Shown here: in pieces, positions 1 through 12,392 of the stretch
How the letters are laid out: every line of letters begins with the position of its first letter
How positions within the stretch are numbered: the first letter of the stretch is position 1
Assembly (NCBI RefSeq): GCF_000181795.1
Contig: NW_003526948.1
Span: forward strand, 2,782,327-2,846,326
DNA: 64,000 bases
From: Trichinella spiralis
Lineage: Eukaryota
Reading direction: 5' to 3'
The notes under the pieces: generated by a model
What the model saw: the letters and a program-made list of their open reading frames with translations, nothing else
Database searches by the model: none
What the model was told of the DNA's origin: nothing
Position numbers and translations under genes: made by a program

Positions 1-530
1 TCATGAAATTTTGCAATTTTCGATAAAAATTTTTTTCTCAAAAAATTAAAGCAATTGATTTATATAGGTATAAAATTATTCGCTAACTATTATAGAAAAA
101 TCTGGACAGCTCCTGATTGCGTCATTTTTGAGATATGTCAAAAAAATGAAACTGAGATAAGATTTTAATGGTCTCGAAAGAAAAAGGAGTGAAATATGAA
201 AGTCAAATTAATGTACATATAGAATGATTGCATTCATTTTTCAAACAAGAATATCAATGTTTTTCCCAAAAAAAAGAAAATTATTTTAATAAGAATTGTT
301 CCTGATTTTCATTTAAACAACAGTATCTTTCAAAATTAAAAATCTCTGTTCACTAAATTTTTTGATTAATTGCAATTCAGAGATAAGAATTGTCGAAAAG
401 TATCATATTGGAATGCTATTTTCATTCAATATTGTAGTCATTATATTTTATAATTTTCAAATGCTCAAACTGACAACTTTATCAAATTATTCAAAAAATC
501 ATCGATTACGGGTTAATGAAAATTTACATA
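1..530 (+). repeat. Diverged non-coding repeat, copy A
   Basis: Colinear similarity to 1755-2290, for example ATCTTTCAAAATTAAAAATCTCTGTTCACTA vs ATCTTTAAAAATTAAAATCTTTTTTCACTA, and shared TTCAGAGAT, ATTGGAA, TGAAACTGA, GATTTTAATG blocks. Boundaries approximate. Confidence 0.65.
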
Positions 531-1754
531 CCTTTAATTGGCACAGAGTTTCTTGTTTTAATCGTAAAATTATTTTACAAAACGCCGCAGTTTATGACAA
601 TCATGGAATACGTTCCTCTGTACGTACTGGGGCATACCACTAAAGATTCGTACAAATACCAATCATGAGCCCAGTAATTTGACATCAATTGTACATTTAT
701 TTAATTTCATAGCATTTGTAATAAAATTTCACCCTGGGCGCCTACATATTATCCTAATTATGCAAATCTCCATTGCATCGTTGTTACTTAGCAATAGGAA
801 ATTCAAGTATCTGCAGATGTGGTATCAATCAGGAACTTTATCCATGAAAAAGACGATAACAGGGACTGGATTCCATGAAATGTTTGCTTTTTAGCAAAGT
901 GGACACTTACATCGCTTATGTTTTATTCGCAGGAAATAATGTACATTTAACTGCAGTAATTTCAAAAATTCAATTGCATTGATCGTATGAAATGGTAATT
1001 TAGTAAACATAATGGGTTCGATGTCAAAATTGTTTCATGTACAGAAACTGGCTCTGTGCTTCCGTTGAAATTGAGATACTGATGTGCATCTTTACTATGT
1101 AGTGGGTTATGCGATACGCCAAGTTTGGTAGCCATTTATTGTACAACTTCAGCGCGGTTTGGGATGAAGCACTCTGAAACACTATCATTCATAGATTTGA
1201 AAACGCAGCAATCAAAAATTGTGCGAAGTTTGATGAAACACTTTTCGTCGATTTTCGCTTTATCAACCAAGTTTATAGCTGACGAAATTTCTCAGTTTTT
1301 GAGAAAATTGTTTTTCTTCAAAGTTAAAGCAATTGATTTTTTCGAACGCAAATTTATTTAAAGAAATCGTCAAATTATGAGCAAACGCCAAACTTGTTTA
1401 TTTAATAATACCTCATCAGTCAAAGTTGCGAAAGTGCAATAACACACACACTCCCCACGCCATTCACCATCAATAATTGCTACTAAAGAGATAAAAGCGA
1501 ACTCAAAAGAAGAAAATATAAATTTGCATGAAACTTCCCTCAAACTAGCATTAAGCCAGTGCTTAGGCTATTTATTAGATAAGATCTGTAATGTACCAAC
1601 TTTAGAGGCCGTTTATTCCCCCAACTGATAAACAGTTTCTGATAATAATCTGCATAACACTATATTATATCAATGCAAATACCTAGCAATAAAAAAAGCA
1701 GAATTTTCGAAAAAACCTTTCACTGATTTTGATAATATAGCAAAGTCTATAGCC

Positions 1755-2290
1755 AATGAAATTTCGAAATTTTCAGAAACACTTTTTTCTGAAAAGATTT
1801 CTCTTAAATTTGTTTTTCTAGAAATGACTTTATTTGACTTGAATCAATTAGGAACGACTAGAAAGTTACCAGAAACTTATCCGCACTCTTCCTAATTGCG
1901 CTTTTCTCGAGATATTGCGGTAAACCTGAAACTGAAAATTTGATTTTAATGTTGAATAAATAAAGAAACGAAGCATCGATGTTTAATAAATGTGCATACA
2001 AAATCATTTTATTCACTTTTACAAAGAAACGCGGAATGTTTTCAGCAAAAATGATACGTATTTAAATAACAATTGTTCCTACTTTTCTTTTATGCCTTAC
2101 AGCATCTTTAAAAATTAAAATCTTTTTTCACTAGTCTTTGATTGATTATGCTTCAGAGATTGGAATTATCCAAAATGATCACATTGGAACGCAAGTTTTA
2201 CGCAATTTGACAATTTTCTGTTCTATAAATGTCAAATTCCTCTACTGATTTTATCCAGATTTTCAGAAGATATTTTCTTCTCTGAGAATG
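1755..2290 (+). repeat. Diverged non-coding repeat, copy B
   Basis: See copy A. Offset is about 1.76-1.78 kb. Boundaries approximate. Confidence 0.65.
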
Positions 2291-3071
2291 GCTTCAATTT
2301 GATTCGTCTTGATCAAAAACGCTTAGCAACTTATTGTAAACTTATTTTTTCCCTTTATTGCATTGCCTAATTACCATTTTTTCCCAATTTATTAAGATTC
2401 TCACAATATCATCCATTAAATATTTTTGGAAAATTGTAAACCTTGATCTGGCACAGCATTGCTTGCATTTATCAATAAGTCGTGTGAAAATTTCATTACA
2501 CTTTTCTTGAGGAATGCCATTAGTTTCGTTGTACTTTTGTGTATCTGAAAAGATTTGTTTCGAAGTTATTTCAAAGCAATGAAAATGGTTCAAAAATGAA
2601 GAGAAAATGGATTGCCTAATCCTAAGAAATATTGCACAATGTTACGAATTTTGAATGAATCCTTTATTAAAATTATAAAAATGTAGGGACTGTCTACCAT
2701 ATCTATATTTATATGAGTCCGATGTTTTACTACATATATAAGCGAATTCGTTTAAAAAGTCGATTGACTGCTATGCAAAGAACTGATGCGCATTAAATAA
2801 TAGAAGTTGCTAACACATTTCTGCAAACTGTATGAAAAGTTACTGCCAATTCAAAAAATTAAATTATTTAACAAAAGAAACAACACTGTCCATTAAATGC
2901 TTAAATAACCTGTTACACTTTGTAAGAATATTTCTAACGCACTTTTCTTTCAAACGAATTTTTGCATTCATAACAATCTATCGTTTTATAATAAGTAATT
3001 TAAACAAAACTCTATTCAGCATTTATTCCGCGTTCTAGAAGTAGTGAATCATTGGCAGAACGATATAAGCT

Positions 3072-4823
3072 TTACTTAGACGTATGCTTCTTTTTGTCGA
3101 GTTGTGTCTAAATATATATTATAAGAATCATACACAATATACATGCGTACATTATATATATTTTATTTATTTATTTATTTATCAAAAAAGTAAATAATAC
3201 CAAATATAATGCATCGTAGTAGCCAGCCAAGTACCGCGATATTAACATTGCGTTCAAATTTGGATCAGCCCCATGAAAATCAGTTAAAATTGGTGGTGGA
3301 ATTCTCGGCAACTAATAATCGTTGAGGTTAGTGATGATAATATGACCAGTTAACTTACCAAGAAATCAAAATTTATATTCCCTTTGTCAAGTACTGGTTT
3401 ACGCGTAGTCTAAAAATAAATTCATTAAACAAACGATTTCAATAAACTTATACTTGAAATTTTTCTAAGATTTCATGCATAACTTATAAAATTTGAATAT
3501 TACCAATTTAAGTACTGTAAAAGAACATAAGCGGCTGCTGTAATAAAAAAGAAAAATAGTACATAATAAATCCACTACAGTTATCTTTAAAATCTTAATT
3601 ATGAAGACGCAAGAATGTTTATAACTGGCATCTCATAATAAAAAACATTTAAAATCAAGCAGTAAAAGTCATCGATTAAATAATTTCGTCAACTACGAAT
3701 ACCTTCGAAGGCTTTTCTTCGTTTCGGATATCTGCATCCGCCATCACTTCGTTTCGTGACTCACCAATTTCGCTCTCCACTACTTTCGAGGAAGAAATGT
3801 GGACCGTTTCATCAATTTCTCTGCAAATGCCACATTGAGTTCATTCACTCAAACATCATATTAAAAAAACATTAATCCTTCCTTTCAATTTGCTTTAAAA
3901 ATCTTAGCTACAGCTGGAATTTCAGAATCATTATGCATCATAACATATAACACGTTATATATATATAATGTACAAATATATTCGTGAGTGCAAAAACAGG
4001 AAAATATACATAAAAAGCGTACTGTAAATTATGAAGGTGAACAAATTCAACATTGCCATATTCTTCATACATAACCTGACAAGACTTTTTCTCCGGACAC
4101 AATTTAAGAATTTCCGCCAGATAAAATGCACCATCTTCACTGTACTTTGCCAAGCACCGATCGCCGACTTTCCACTTAAAAAAAATTAAATTCATTTTTG
4201 TGCTTCACATGAAAATAAAAGCAATACATGAGCATTAAGGCAATAGAGTAACGATACTGCGGTACATGATAAGCTCATAACGATACCCTGACAAGAGAAT
4301 AAGAAAATTGCATACATAAATTTTATGAAATAGTAGTGCTGCTTTTAAAACTCAAAAAATAAATAGAAAACGCTATTTTAACAATTAATAAATTTTTCTT
4401 TACTTTACTTTTATTACTCCGCTTAAATTACTTTTAATTTAAATATTTCACTTTTAAAATGTCATCTTACTTCCTTTGGTTTCGTATCACTTTCCACCTC
4501 AAGTTTCGACGATGCATGTTTGCTCTTTCTTTTCTCTTTCTGCTGCTTACCATCTGTTTTGTTTGATAACTGCAACTAAAAAATAAGACGAGCTTGAATA
4601 CAAATATCAGGAAAATCTATAAATAAAAACGTACTTCTACCAAACTCAAGGATTCTTCATACATTTTAATCAATTCTTTATCGTCCCAACATTCTGCTAT
4701 CTCATCATCATCCTAAAATCATAAAAATAATAAAGACGAGCTTAAGAAAAGGCTTTCTACCATATTTCTCTGGAAAATTACAGTTCCGGGAGAAAGATCA
4801 TTTTCGGGGATTTTGTCAGACAT
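3072..4823 (-). CDS. smn-1: Survival motor neuron protein, 8 exons, 237 aa
   Basis: Exons 4823-4761, 4712-4635, 4575-4471, 4174-4023, 3820-3703, 3409-3359, 3311-3201, 3107-3072, all GT-AG and in frame. Gemin2-binding motif WDDKELIKMYEES, Tudor domain WKVGDRCLAKYSEDGAFYLA...YEEYGNVE, PPP, then a YG-box-like AMLISRYLAGYY. Confidence 0.92.
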
Positions 4824-6049
4824 TATTAACACAAATATCTACAAACAAAAGAATAAGTAATAAAGCGTGATACTAAAGAAATGTCATTGTTAACCTTAAT
4901 AGTTAAGCAAGTTATATGCAGAACGCTAAACACTTAACTACTGAAAAAATTCCACGAATGTATATTTTAGAAAAACAAACCTAACAGGGCTACAATAAGG
5001 TAAACAGTATTAGCACTCCAATACTACTACAGTATGATATAAGTGATCATAAAGTATTATACACATTATCTGAAGCATGCTTGATTATTAAATGAATAAA
5101 AATAAATAAAACTATTTATGAATAAACATGCAGTAATTTTTAATCAAAAATAGCAATTGTAAAGAATAATAAGCCAAACGCAGATTTTGTGTCACATGCT
5201 TCATATTTTTCTTGTTTGGCAAAATTTTATCAATTGAAAATATTTATTTATATTTGAATCGGTAAGAAATCATCCCATATAGAGATCTAGTAAATTAAAA
5301 TACCTGAAAAAAGTTTATAAATAAAGTCAGGTTCCAACTACAAATGTGAGAAATTTTAACAAAAATATATGGTGAAATATGCAAAGTAAATTTAATTAAC
5401 ATAAATTTTCATTTATTTTATCATTTTATTATTCGTATTATTAATTCCAAAGTTTACAAAAAAGATCAAGTTGTTTGCTTGCTGAATATTCAATAGTGGA
5501 TTTACATTTTGAATTCTTTCAAATATTTTTGTAGTGTTTTAAGTTATAATAATTTTTTAGGATTGATTGCTTTTGTTCAAATGACTTTATATTAAAAAAA
5601 TTTAAAGGTTTAAATTAATTTTACACGCGTATATTTGTAAATTTCAATGTGCTATTATTTTCAACAAGAGTATAGCTGTTTCTAATGCAACTAATGTTAT
5701 TGATTAAATTTACACTGGCTGTTGCTTGTTTTCATGTCTGTAAAATAGCTAATCTCAATAAATAACGCTTTTATTTAACTTTCAGTAAATGTTCTATTCT
5801 ACGTTCATTATACTTTATAATGTTGAAATATTTTCATTTACGAATTATATTTTAAAATGTTTAATTAAATATTATAAAAAAATACTTTAAATTTATTTCT
5901 TCAAACCGCCGTCATTTCATAGTTATACTTTGGTATTTCAAACCTGAAGCGTTTATTAAAAATTCACTGAACATTTTTTTCACTTTGCACAGTAAATATA
6001 TAGAGTCCACTATCAGTGGATAAGTTGAACTGCAAAGTAACACAGAAAT

Positions 6050-6055
6050 TTTATT
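6050..6055 (-). terminator. Candidate polyadenylation signal AATAAA of the cationic prepropeptide gene
   Basis: AATAAA on the minus strand about 120 nt after the TGA at 6175. The hexamer is common in AT-rich DNA. Confidence 0.35.
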
Positions 6056-6174
6056 CAAATGAAAAAACTAGGAACAGTCATCGGATTTCCAATTAGAAAA
6101 CATTGAGAGATAGCTTTGCCAGAAGCTCAGAAATTGAGAAAAAAATTTCTGAGCTGATAATACGATTTTCAATT

Positions 6175-6696
6175 TCAATCATCCCTTGATCTTCGTCGAT
6201 TTTGTCTTCGGTTAATTCTATTTTGCCTTTTCTGCGGTCTGGTTCTTCTTCCACCCTTTCCTCTAGCTTTACCCCTTGATTCTTTAATACGTTCTCGTCG
6301 TTCTCTGTTGATGTGTCTTCTAGTTGCTCTAGACAGTCTAAATATTCAATAAATACAACACACTATAAATAATATGATATGATATGATATGATATAATAC
6401 AGCCTGATAGAATATAGAAGAGTTTTGCTACCTCACATGTGGCACTTCTTCTAAAACTGCTGATGAAGAGTCCACAACATCAGTTTCTGATGTAAGATCA
6501 GCTTTAACCGTCTGAAACATGTTAGAAAATAATGGAAACACTTGAAAAATCCAGCGTGTAAAAATGAACAAAATTTATTAATAAATTGAAGAGAAATATT
6601 TGAAAAAGAATAAAAATTATAAGAAAATTAGCATACTTCAAAAAGAATAATGGCGCAAACGGAAAACAACCCCAGCCATAACATTCGACGATCCAT
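6175..6696 (-). CDS. Putative secreted Arg-rich prepropeptide, 3 exons, 100 aa, family unknown
   Basis: Exons 6696-6637, 6511-6432, 6337-6175 with donors GTATGC and GTAGCA and acceptors TTTCAG and TTTAG. Translation: MDRRMLWLGLFSVCAIILFETVKA-DLTSETDVVDSSSAVLEEVPHVRLSR-ATRRHINRERRERIKESRGKARGKGGRRTRPQKRQNRINRRQNRRRSRDD*. TATA box upstream and AATAAA downstream. Confidence 0.72.
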
Positions 6697-6732
6697 ATTT
6701 TTGGCAGTAATGATATCGTGCGTGCTGTTTGA

Positions 6733-6740
6733 TTTATATA
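6733..6740 (-). promoter_or_regulatory. TATA box (TATATAAA) of the cationic prepropeptide gene
   Basis: Minus strand reads GAGCTATATAAATC, ending 37 nt upstream of the ATG at 6696. Confidence 0.55.
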
Positions 6741-9348
6741 GCTCAACAGTGACCTGATTGGACTACAGGGCGTAGGCAATTTGCATTGCACACTTCAGTT
6801 TCCTAAATTTCATCCGGCTGTCAATTCTGTTTCAATCGAGTGGGTGTAGAAGTGCCAGAAATGTCAAAATGGAAATTCTTTTATCGCTACCAAATCAATC
6901 ACACGCTTTCATTTTGGCAAAAAGTTCAATTGAACACTTGTACGGCGATGTGTAGAAGTTGTTGAAATGGTTTTTGGAAGCGATGCAATTTGCAAAACTG
7001 GACAACAACTGCTTCAACAGAAAACAGGATAATTCCACGCCCGAAGCTGTACATTTATTTCAAGCATAATCGAGCAGAGGTGAGCATTTCTTCTTTACAA
7101 CAAATGAGGTCTTATGACGACCATTTTGCTCATCAACATTCTCGTCTACATCACATCTCTTTTTCATAAAAGGAAGTATGTCAAAAATAAAATGTGACGT
7201 GATTCTTTTTTTCATTTCATAAAAATAAGCCAACCATGTCTTTCTTCGCTTATGCATTTATGTATTCATTTTTCCGGGACGGCAATTTTGTCGTATATCA
7301 TCATATACATGCAAAAAAAGTGCTTATTTTAAAAAACGATAACAATTTATCTTCGTCCCTTGGAAATGATCAATTATTGATAATTGCTTGACTTATTTCA
7401 ATTATTATTATTATTATTATTATTAGTGGTATTATGAATGTCACATATTTTCAAAGTATATAGTATAATTTTTTTTTACGCTTTTGACATATTAGCTAGA
7501 ACAGTCTGCACTGTTTACACCGATGAAATGTGGAATAGTTTTATGTAATTTTATGATTTCACAAAACGAAAGTTTTTTATTTAAATAAATTCAATAAAAA
7601 TGTCATTTCAACTAGTCTTGCGTAAAATTCGTTTTTATTTATTCCTGACAATGGAAACTAGGCACCGGTGTGATGTGGCAATTCTATTAGTCAGCTATTA
7701 CTTAAAATTGCATGATTCTCATGATGCATAATGAAAGCACATAAATAATAATATATTATGAATAGATGTTAAAGTGAAAGTGCATGATGTTTATCGAATT
7801 TAAATGTTTTGATAAAGTTGTTTCAAAATGGTACACAATGATCATACTTTATTTGCTGGCGATCAAATTAGCTTTCAAATATTCTCAACAGCTTATAATT
7901 TATACTCGAAAAATTGAAAATTAAGAAAAAAATATTACCATACCTAATAAATTGCTGCACTGCAGAATTTTGGAGAACATCTCCGTCTTTGGCAGTTGCA
8001 AGAAATGGACAATTTTGAGCTAGTGGATTTCGCATCCTATTCACGCTTCTGCTGCTGATGTTTCACTTAATATAGTTTCAGTTTGCATTCTGCCTTTACG
8101 TCAGTGAATTGCAAATAGCTATTTATATTTTTGCATATTCTCTTTGATAATTATGCTAATTATATTTGTACTACAATCTATTTGTCAAAATTATTTTCAT
8201 TTATTGATTATGTGTGCCTTAAGCGTTTACTGATTATATTATTCTTTTTTCTATCGCAAACACGGCTTGGTGTATTTCTATTCCTGAAAATTTTATTTAC
8301 GTCTACTGGATAATAATGAAAGTTGATCAATATAAAGCAATTCAGTTTCAGATACGGAACAAATTGAAGAAATGCTGAAAATTTTTCTTTGGAAAAATAT
8401 TGGAAGATGCCTGCCTGTTGAAGATGAAAACCTTATACATGTAAATTTTAATTTTACGTAAACCACACAAGTATTAATAGAATAACATAAGCTGACGCAA
8501 ATGTGACATTTTTCCATAAAGCAATTAGTGAATTTATTGATAACTAACAACAACTCGTATCTTTGTATTGTATCTTTGCCCATCATATGATAGGTGCTGA
8601 CGTAAGTATCATTAATAGATCTATAAATAGTTGTAAAATTACTAGGAATTTTAAATTATGAAAGCTTGAAACATTCTAATCAGAGAATATGAAAGAGTAA
8701 CATATTTCACTGGTTCATTTTAACTGACATGTTGATTTGTCGAATTTTTTCTTTGCCATTCGTTTCACGAATTTTATGTTACTAATATTTATTTTATTTG
8801 CTTTTTCTAAAATTTTTTCTGAAATAAATAAGCAAAACTGAGAGTAATTACTTCAAAGAATTTTTTTATAAAAAATGTAATTGAAAAGCATAAAATTGTA
8901 CTTAATTTTCACTATTGCGAAAGCAAAACTGCCGAACGTCATTTTAAAACAGTAACATTTTGTTGAATGATGTTTTGCCAACTTTTTCATATTATTTTAT
9001 CAAAGTAATGTCTTGATATGTGAAAATTTTCATAAATAAACTGCATAAACTAACAACGCCTGAAGAGCTATGTATAAAGTTACTTTCTCACATTGATGCA
9101 AATTTTGTTTCAATTAATTTATACAAATATAAATAATGTGAACGAATTTATCCCATAATGACAACAATGCTACACTTCCAAGTTTTCTTTATTTTCATTA
9201 ATTAATAAATTAACTGATACGCTTACACACAGAAAGGCATATAAGCGTATGTACGAAGAAAAAAAAAGTAAAGGAGCAAACGAAAACAGCGAATCTGCAC
9301 TAGACTGCAGTAAAAGAGGAAAAAGGATACTGCAGACAGGAAAAAATA

Positions 9349-11440
9349 TCAATCGTAGGAAACAGTCTGACTAAACGAAGTGAGAAGCGCACTATCCACA
9401 GGCTCTAAACATGATGGGCAAATGAATGATCTCATGAGCCAGTCGTCTATGCAATGCTTGTGGTAGGCATGCAAACAAGGCAGGAACCGGATTTTGTCAC
9501 CTTCGCAAAACTCCACCATGCAGATGATGCACCTGAAAATAAATAAATTGAATAGCGAACGTCAAAAATCATTTATTGTATAAATTTTAATGAAAAATAT
9601 ACTCCGTTTCGCAACCCATTTCTTTGACATAATTTTCCACAGGTAAATGCTGCAAAATGCCAACACACTTGGCATGCTTGATTTCGTCGTCTTTAGAAGG
9701 CTTGGAGGTGCTGTGGCTTGGCATAACTTCAATGTATGGGCAGTGGGTGACAAAGGAATTTCGATTTTCCCGTCTTTCCTGAAAGTAAAATTTATTACTC
9801 AACATGCACTTCCTGAAAAAAATACATTAAGATGAAATAGTGCACTCTATCTGAATAATACAATTATATAATGCAAACTTCATTAAAGCATAACTGCAAA
9901 TTCTTCTATAATGCTGTAATCAAAATTTTCACCTTACGATCAGATTATTCTTAATTATAAAATTATGACCACTGATTAAAAGGAAAATCTTTACCAATTA
10001 CAACAAAACTAACTATGCAACCTGTGAAAAGATATAACATTGTAGAAATATTTAAATTATAAAGATGGGTATTAAATATAAACAATAGCTTATAAATATA
10101 TTTTTCAAAATTGTAGAATAAGTAGTAACAGTAAGAGATAAAGGTAATAAATTATAAAATTTAAAAAGTAGGAACAAAATCAACAGCACTGCCTGCTATG
10201 TATTTTCCGGCGTACAGTTTCCTCGCTTGAATAAAGCAACAGCAACAGTAAAAATGCTATAACAGTGCCATATGTATAGAAATATCAAAAAATCTAATTT
10301 ATAATACAACTGAACACAAGAAAACATCTACTTGAGTATGCTTAGGTAATGTTTCAATCAAATAACGTTACGTGTTAGCATTTCGAAGAGAAATTTTTCC
10401 CTAATTCTAAAACCAAAAACAAGATGTGACAATAATTCAGTTATTATCAGATGACATTAATTAAATTACACGAATCTAAACAGAAACATACAAATCTGTT
10501 AGATTCGATTCATTATGGAAAACGAGTAAATGAAAAACATAAAAATGATAAAAATTCTTAATTTTCAAAAGGTTGCAAAGTGCATATTGAGTATAATATA
10601 GCTGTGCGCAATTTCAAAAAATGTTTCTATACGGAAACAAATTTTTTTCACACAGATAACGCGGCACAATAAAACAACCTCAATTACTTTTAAATAACTA
10701 ATTTTCGATTTTCAAAAAAGCAATCAGCTATGCACTCAACCTCTTCTCACAATAGGTGTAACGAAAAATAGAACAAAAATAATAGGCAAACTACAACTTT
10801 TCTGTATAGTTAATCCTATCCAATTCACAAATTTCGAATTTTTGTACAGTGACTGCATGTTAAATAAAGACCAGTAATTAAACAGTTCAGCTTTTAAGCT
10901 AAATAAATATTAGACACGCAAGCAGTTTCGTATGAAAATTTATAACTTTACCAAGCGTCAAACTGACATCATATTTATCAATTCATTTATAAAAAATACG
11001 TTTGCATCAATTTCTCGGAAACCATAAATTAAATAAATTTAAAAAATATAAACATTCACTGATAAAACGTTGGAAACACTTAAACATGCACCCGAAACAT
11101 GATAGCCAAAGATTTTGAATTAATTTCTAAACAACTGAAATATAATTGCTTCTTTAACTTGTTCAGTAAAAACTTTCCAAAATAAAAACAGCTTTAAAAA
11201 ATATTGCATAAAACAACAAATAAATTTCAATAATACCTTGCATTAATAAAACAACGTGCTAACACACCCAACTACAGACAATGTTGAAGTGTTTTTCCCA
11301 TAAAAGACAAAAAAGAATAAAAATACCTCAAATGTAACGTCGCTGGTAGTGCTGGAACGTCGGCCGGAATCATTAAAAGATGCATCATCGTGAATCAAAC
11401 TTGACTCGTCGTTTTCAAAAGACTGCAGACAATTTCCCAT
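9349..11440 (-). CDS. RNF11: RING-H2 E3 ligase RNF11-like, 3 exons, 157 aa
   Basis: Exons 11440-11327, 9778-9603, 9532-9349. N-terminal MGNCL acylation motif, GILQHLP, and ECIICMVEFCEGDKIRFLPCLHAYHKHCIDDWLMRSFICPSCLEPVDSALL, which matches the RNF11 C-terminus. Confidence 0.92.
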
Positions 11441-12392
11441 GTTATAAAAATTTCTTATCCGTAATAAAGATACAACTTAGAAGAAAAAAAGAAACACCGC
11501 ACACAAGAGCACGCAACGAACCAGCCGCCAGTGCTAAGCAGATGCCTATAAAAAGTAATTATAAATGTAAGCAAAAGATTCAAAAGACAAACCAAAAAAA
11601 TTATAACATATTCTACTTTTCCAGTCAATCAACAATTTACACAATATGACTACAGTAGCCCATGTGAAAAATAGGATTTTGTGCACTAACAGTGTTTGAC
11701 GATAGCTGCTACTCACCATCTAAAGCAGCATAACTAAAGTTTTATAAAAGTAAATTCACTTGGTATAATTCTTAAAAGATTAATTGGCATAAAAAATCTA
11801 AATTATATTTCAAGTTTTTTGTTTATAATGCATGATTTAACTAAAGTTATTAACATGAAAACATTGTTTTAGCATTAAAAATGATGCGGAACATTAAATT
11901 TAAATGTTAATATTGATATTCTAAAAATATTTAGAAAAACTTTCTTATTAACAACTTTCATTAGATTTTCTCATAATATTTTTCGCATTAACTTCTTTTT
12001 TTTCAGAACGTCGTAAATATTTTACTATTAAAATATTGTGTAAAAAGAATTAAATTTTGTAATAGGCTATAAAAATGGCATTTAGATGTTGAAATTATGT
12101 TTTTGCTTTTATTTGTACATGAATACATTTTTCTACTGTAATTCTTGTTTATTGTCTTTATTAAGCATTTTGGAACCGATTTTTTTCTTCCACGTTTCAA
12201 CATTCTTCAAGTTTTGCTAGATATTCTATATTAATGTCTATTAACGTTAATTGACAATGTTTACTTACGGTTTTAATATAATTTTAATTGTTATTATAAA
12301 ATTGGTTTTATTTTGCCAATACTTAGTTTTAGGTAGACATTATTTTCTATGTATCAGATTTTAAATGAAATGTATTTCAGTGAAGTATTTTC

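Noticed and set aside
7060..8090. Possible small minus-strand gene (exon-like 8035-7944 and ORF 7060-7257)
   Set aside because: No recognisable domain and no consistent spliced model.
9321..9330. Perfect U12-type 5' splice site GTATCCTTT on the minus strand in the RNF11 3' UTR
   Set aside because: I found no TCCTTAAC-like branch point downstream. A lone 9-mer is compatible with chance.
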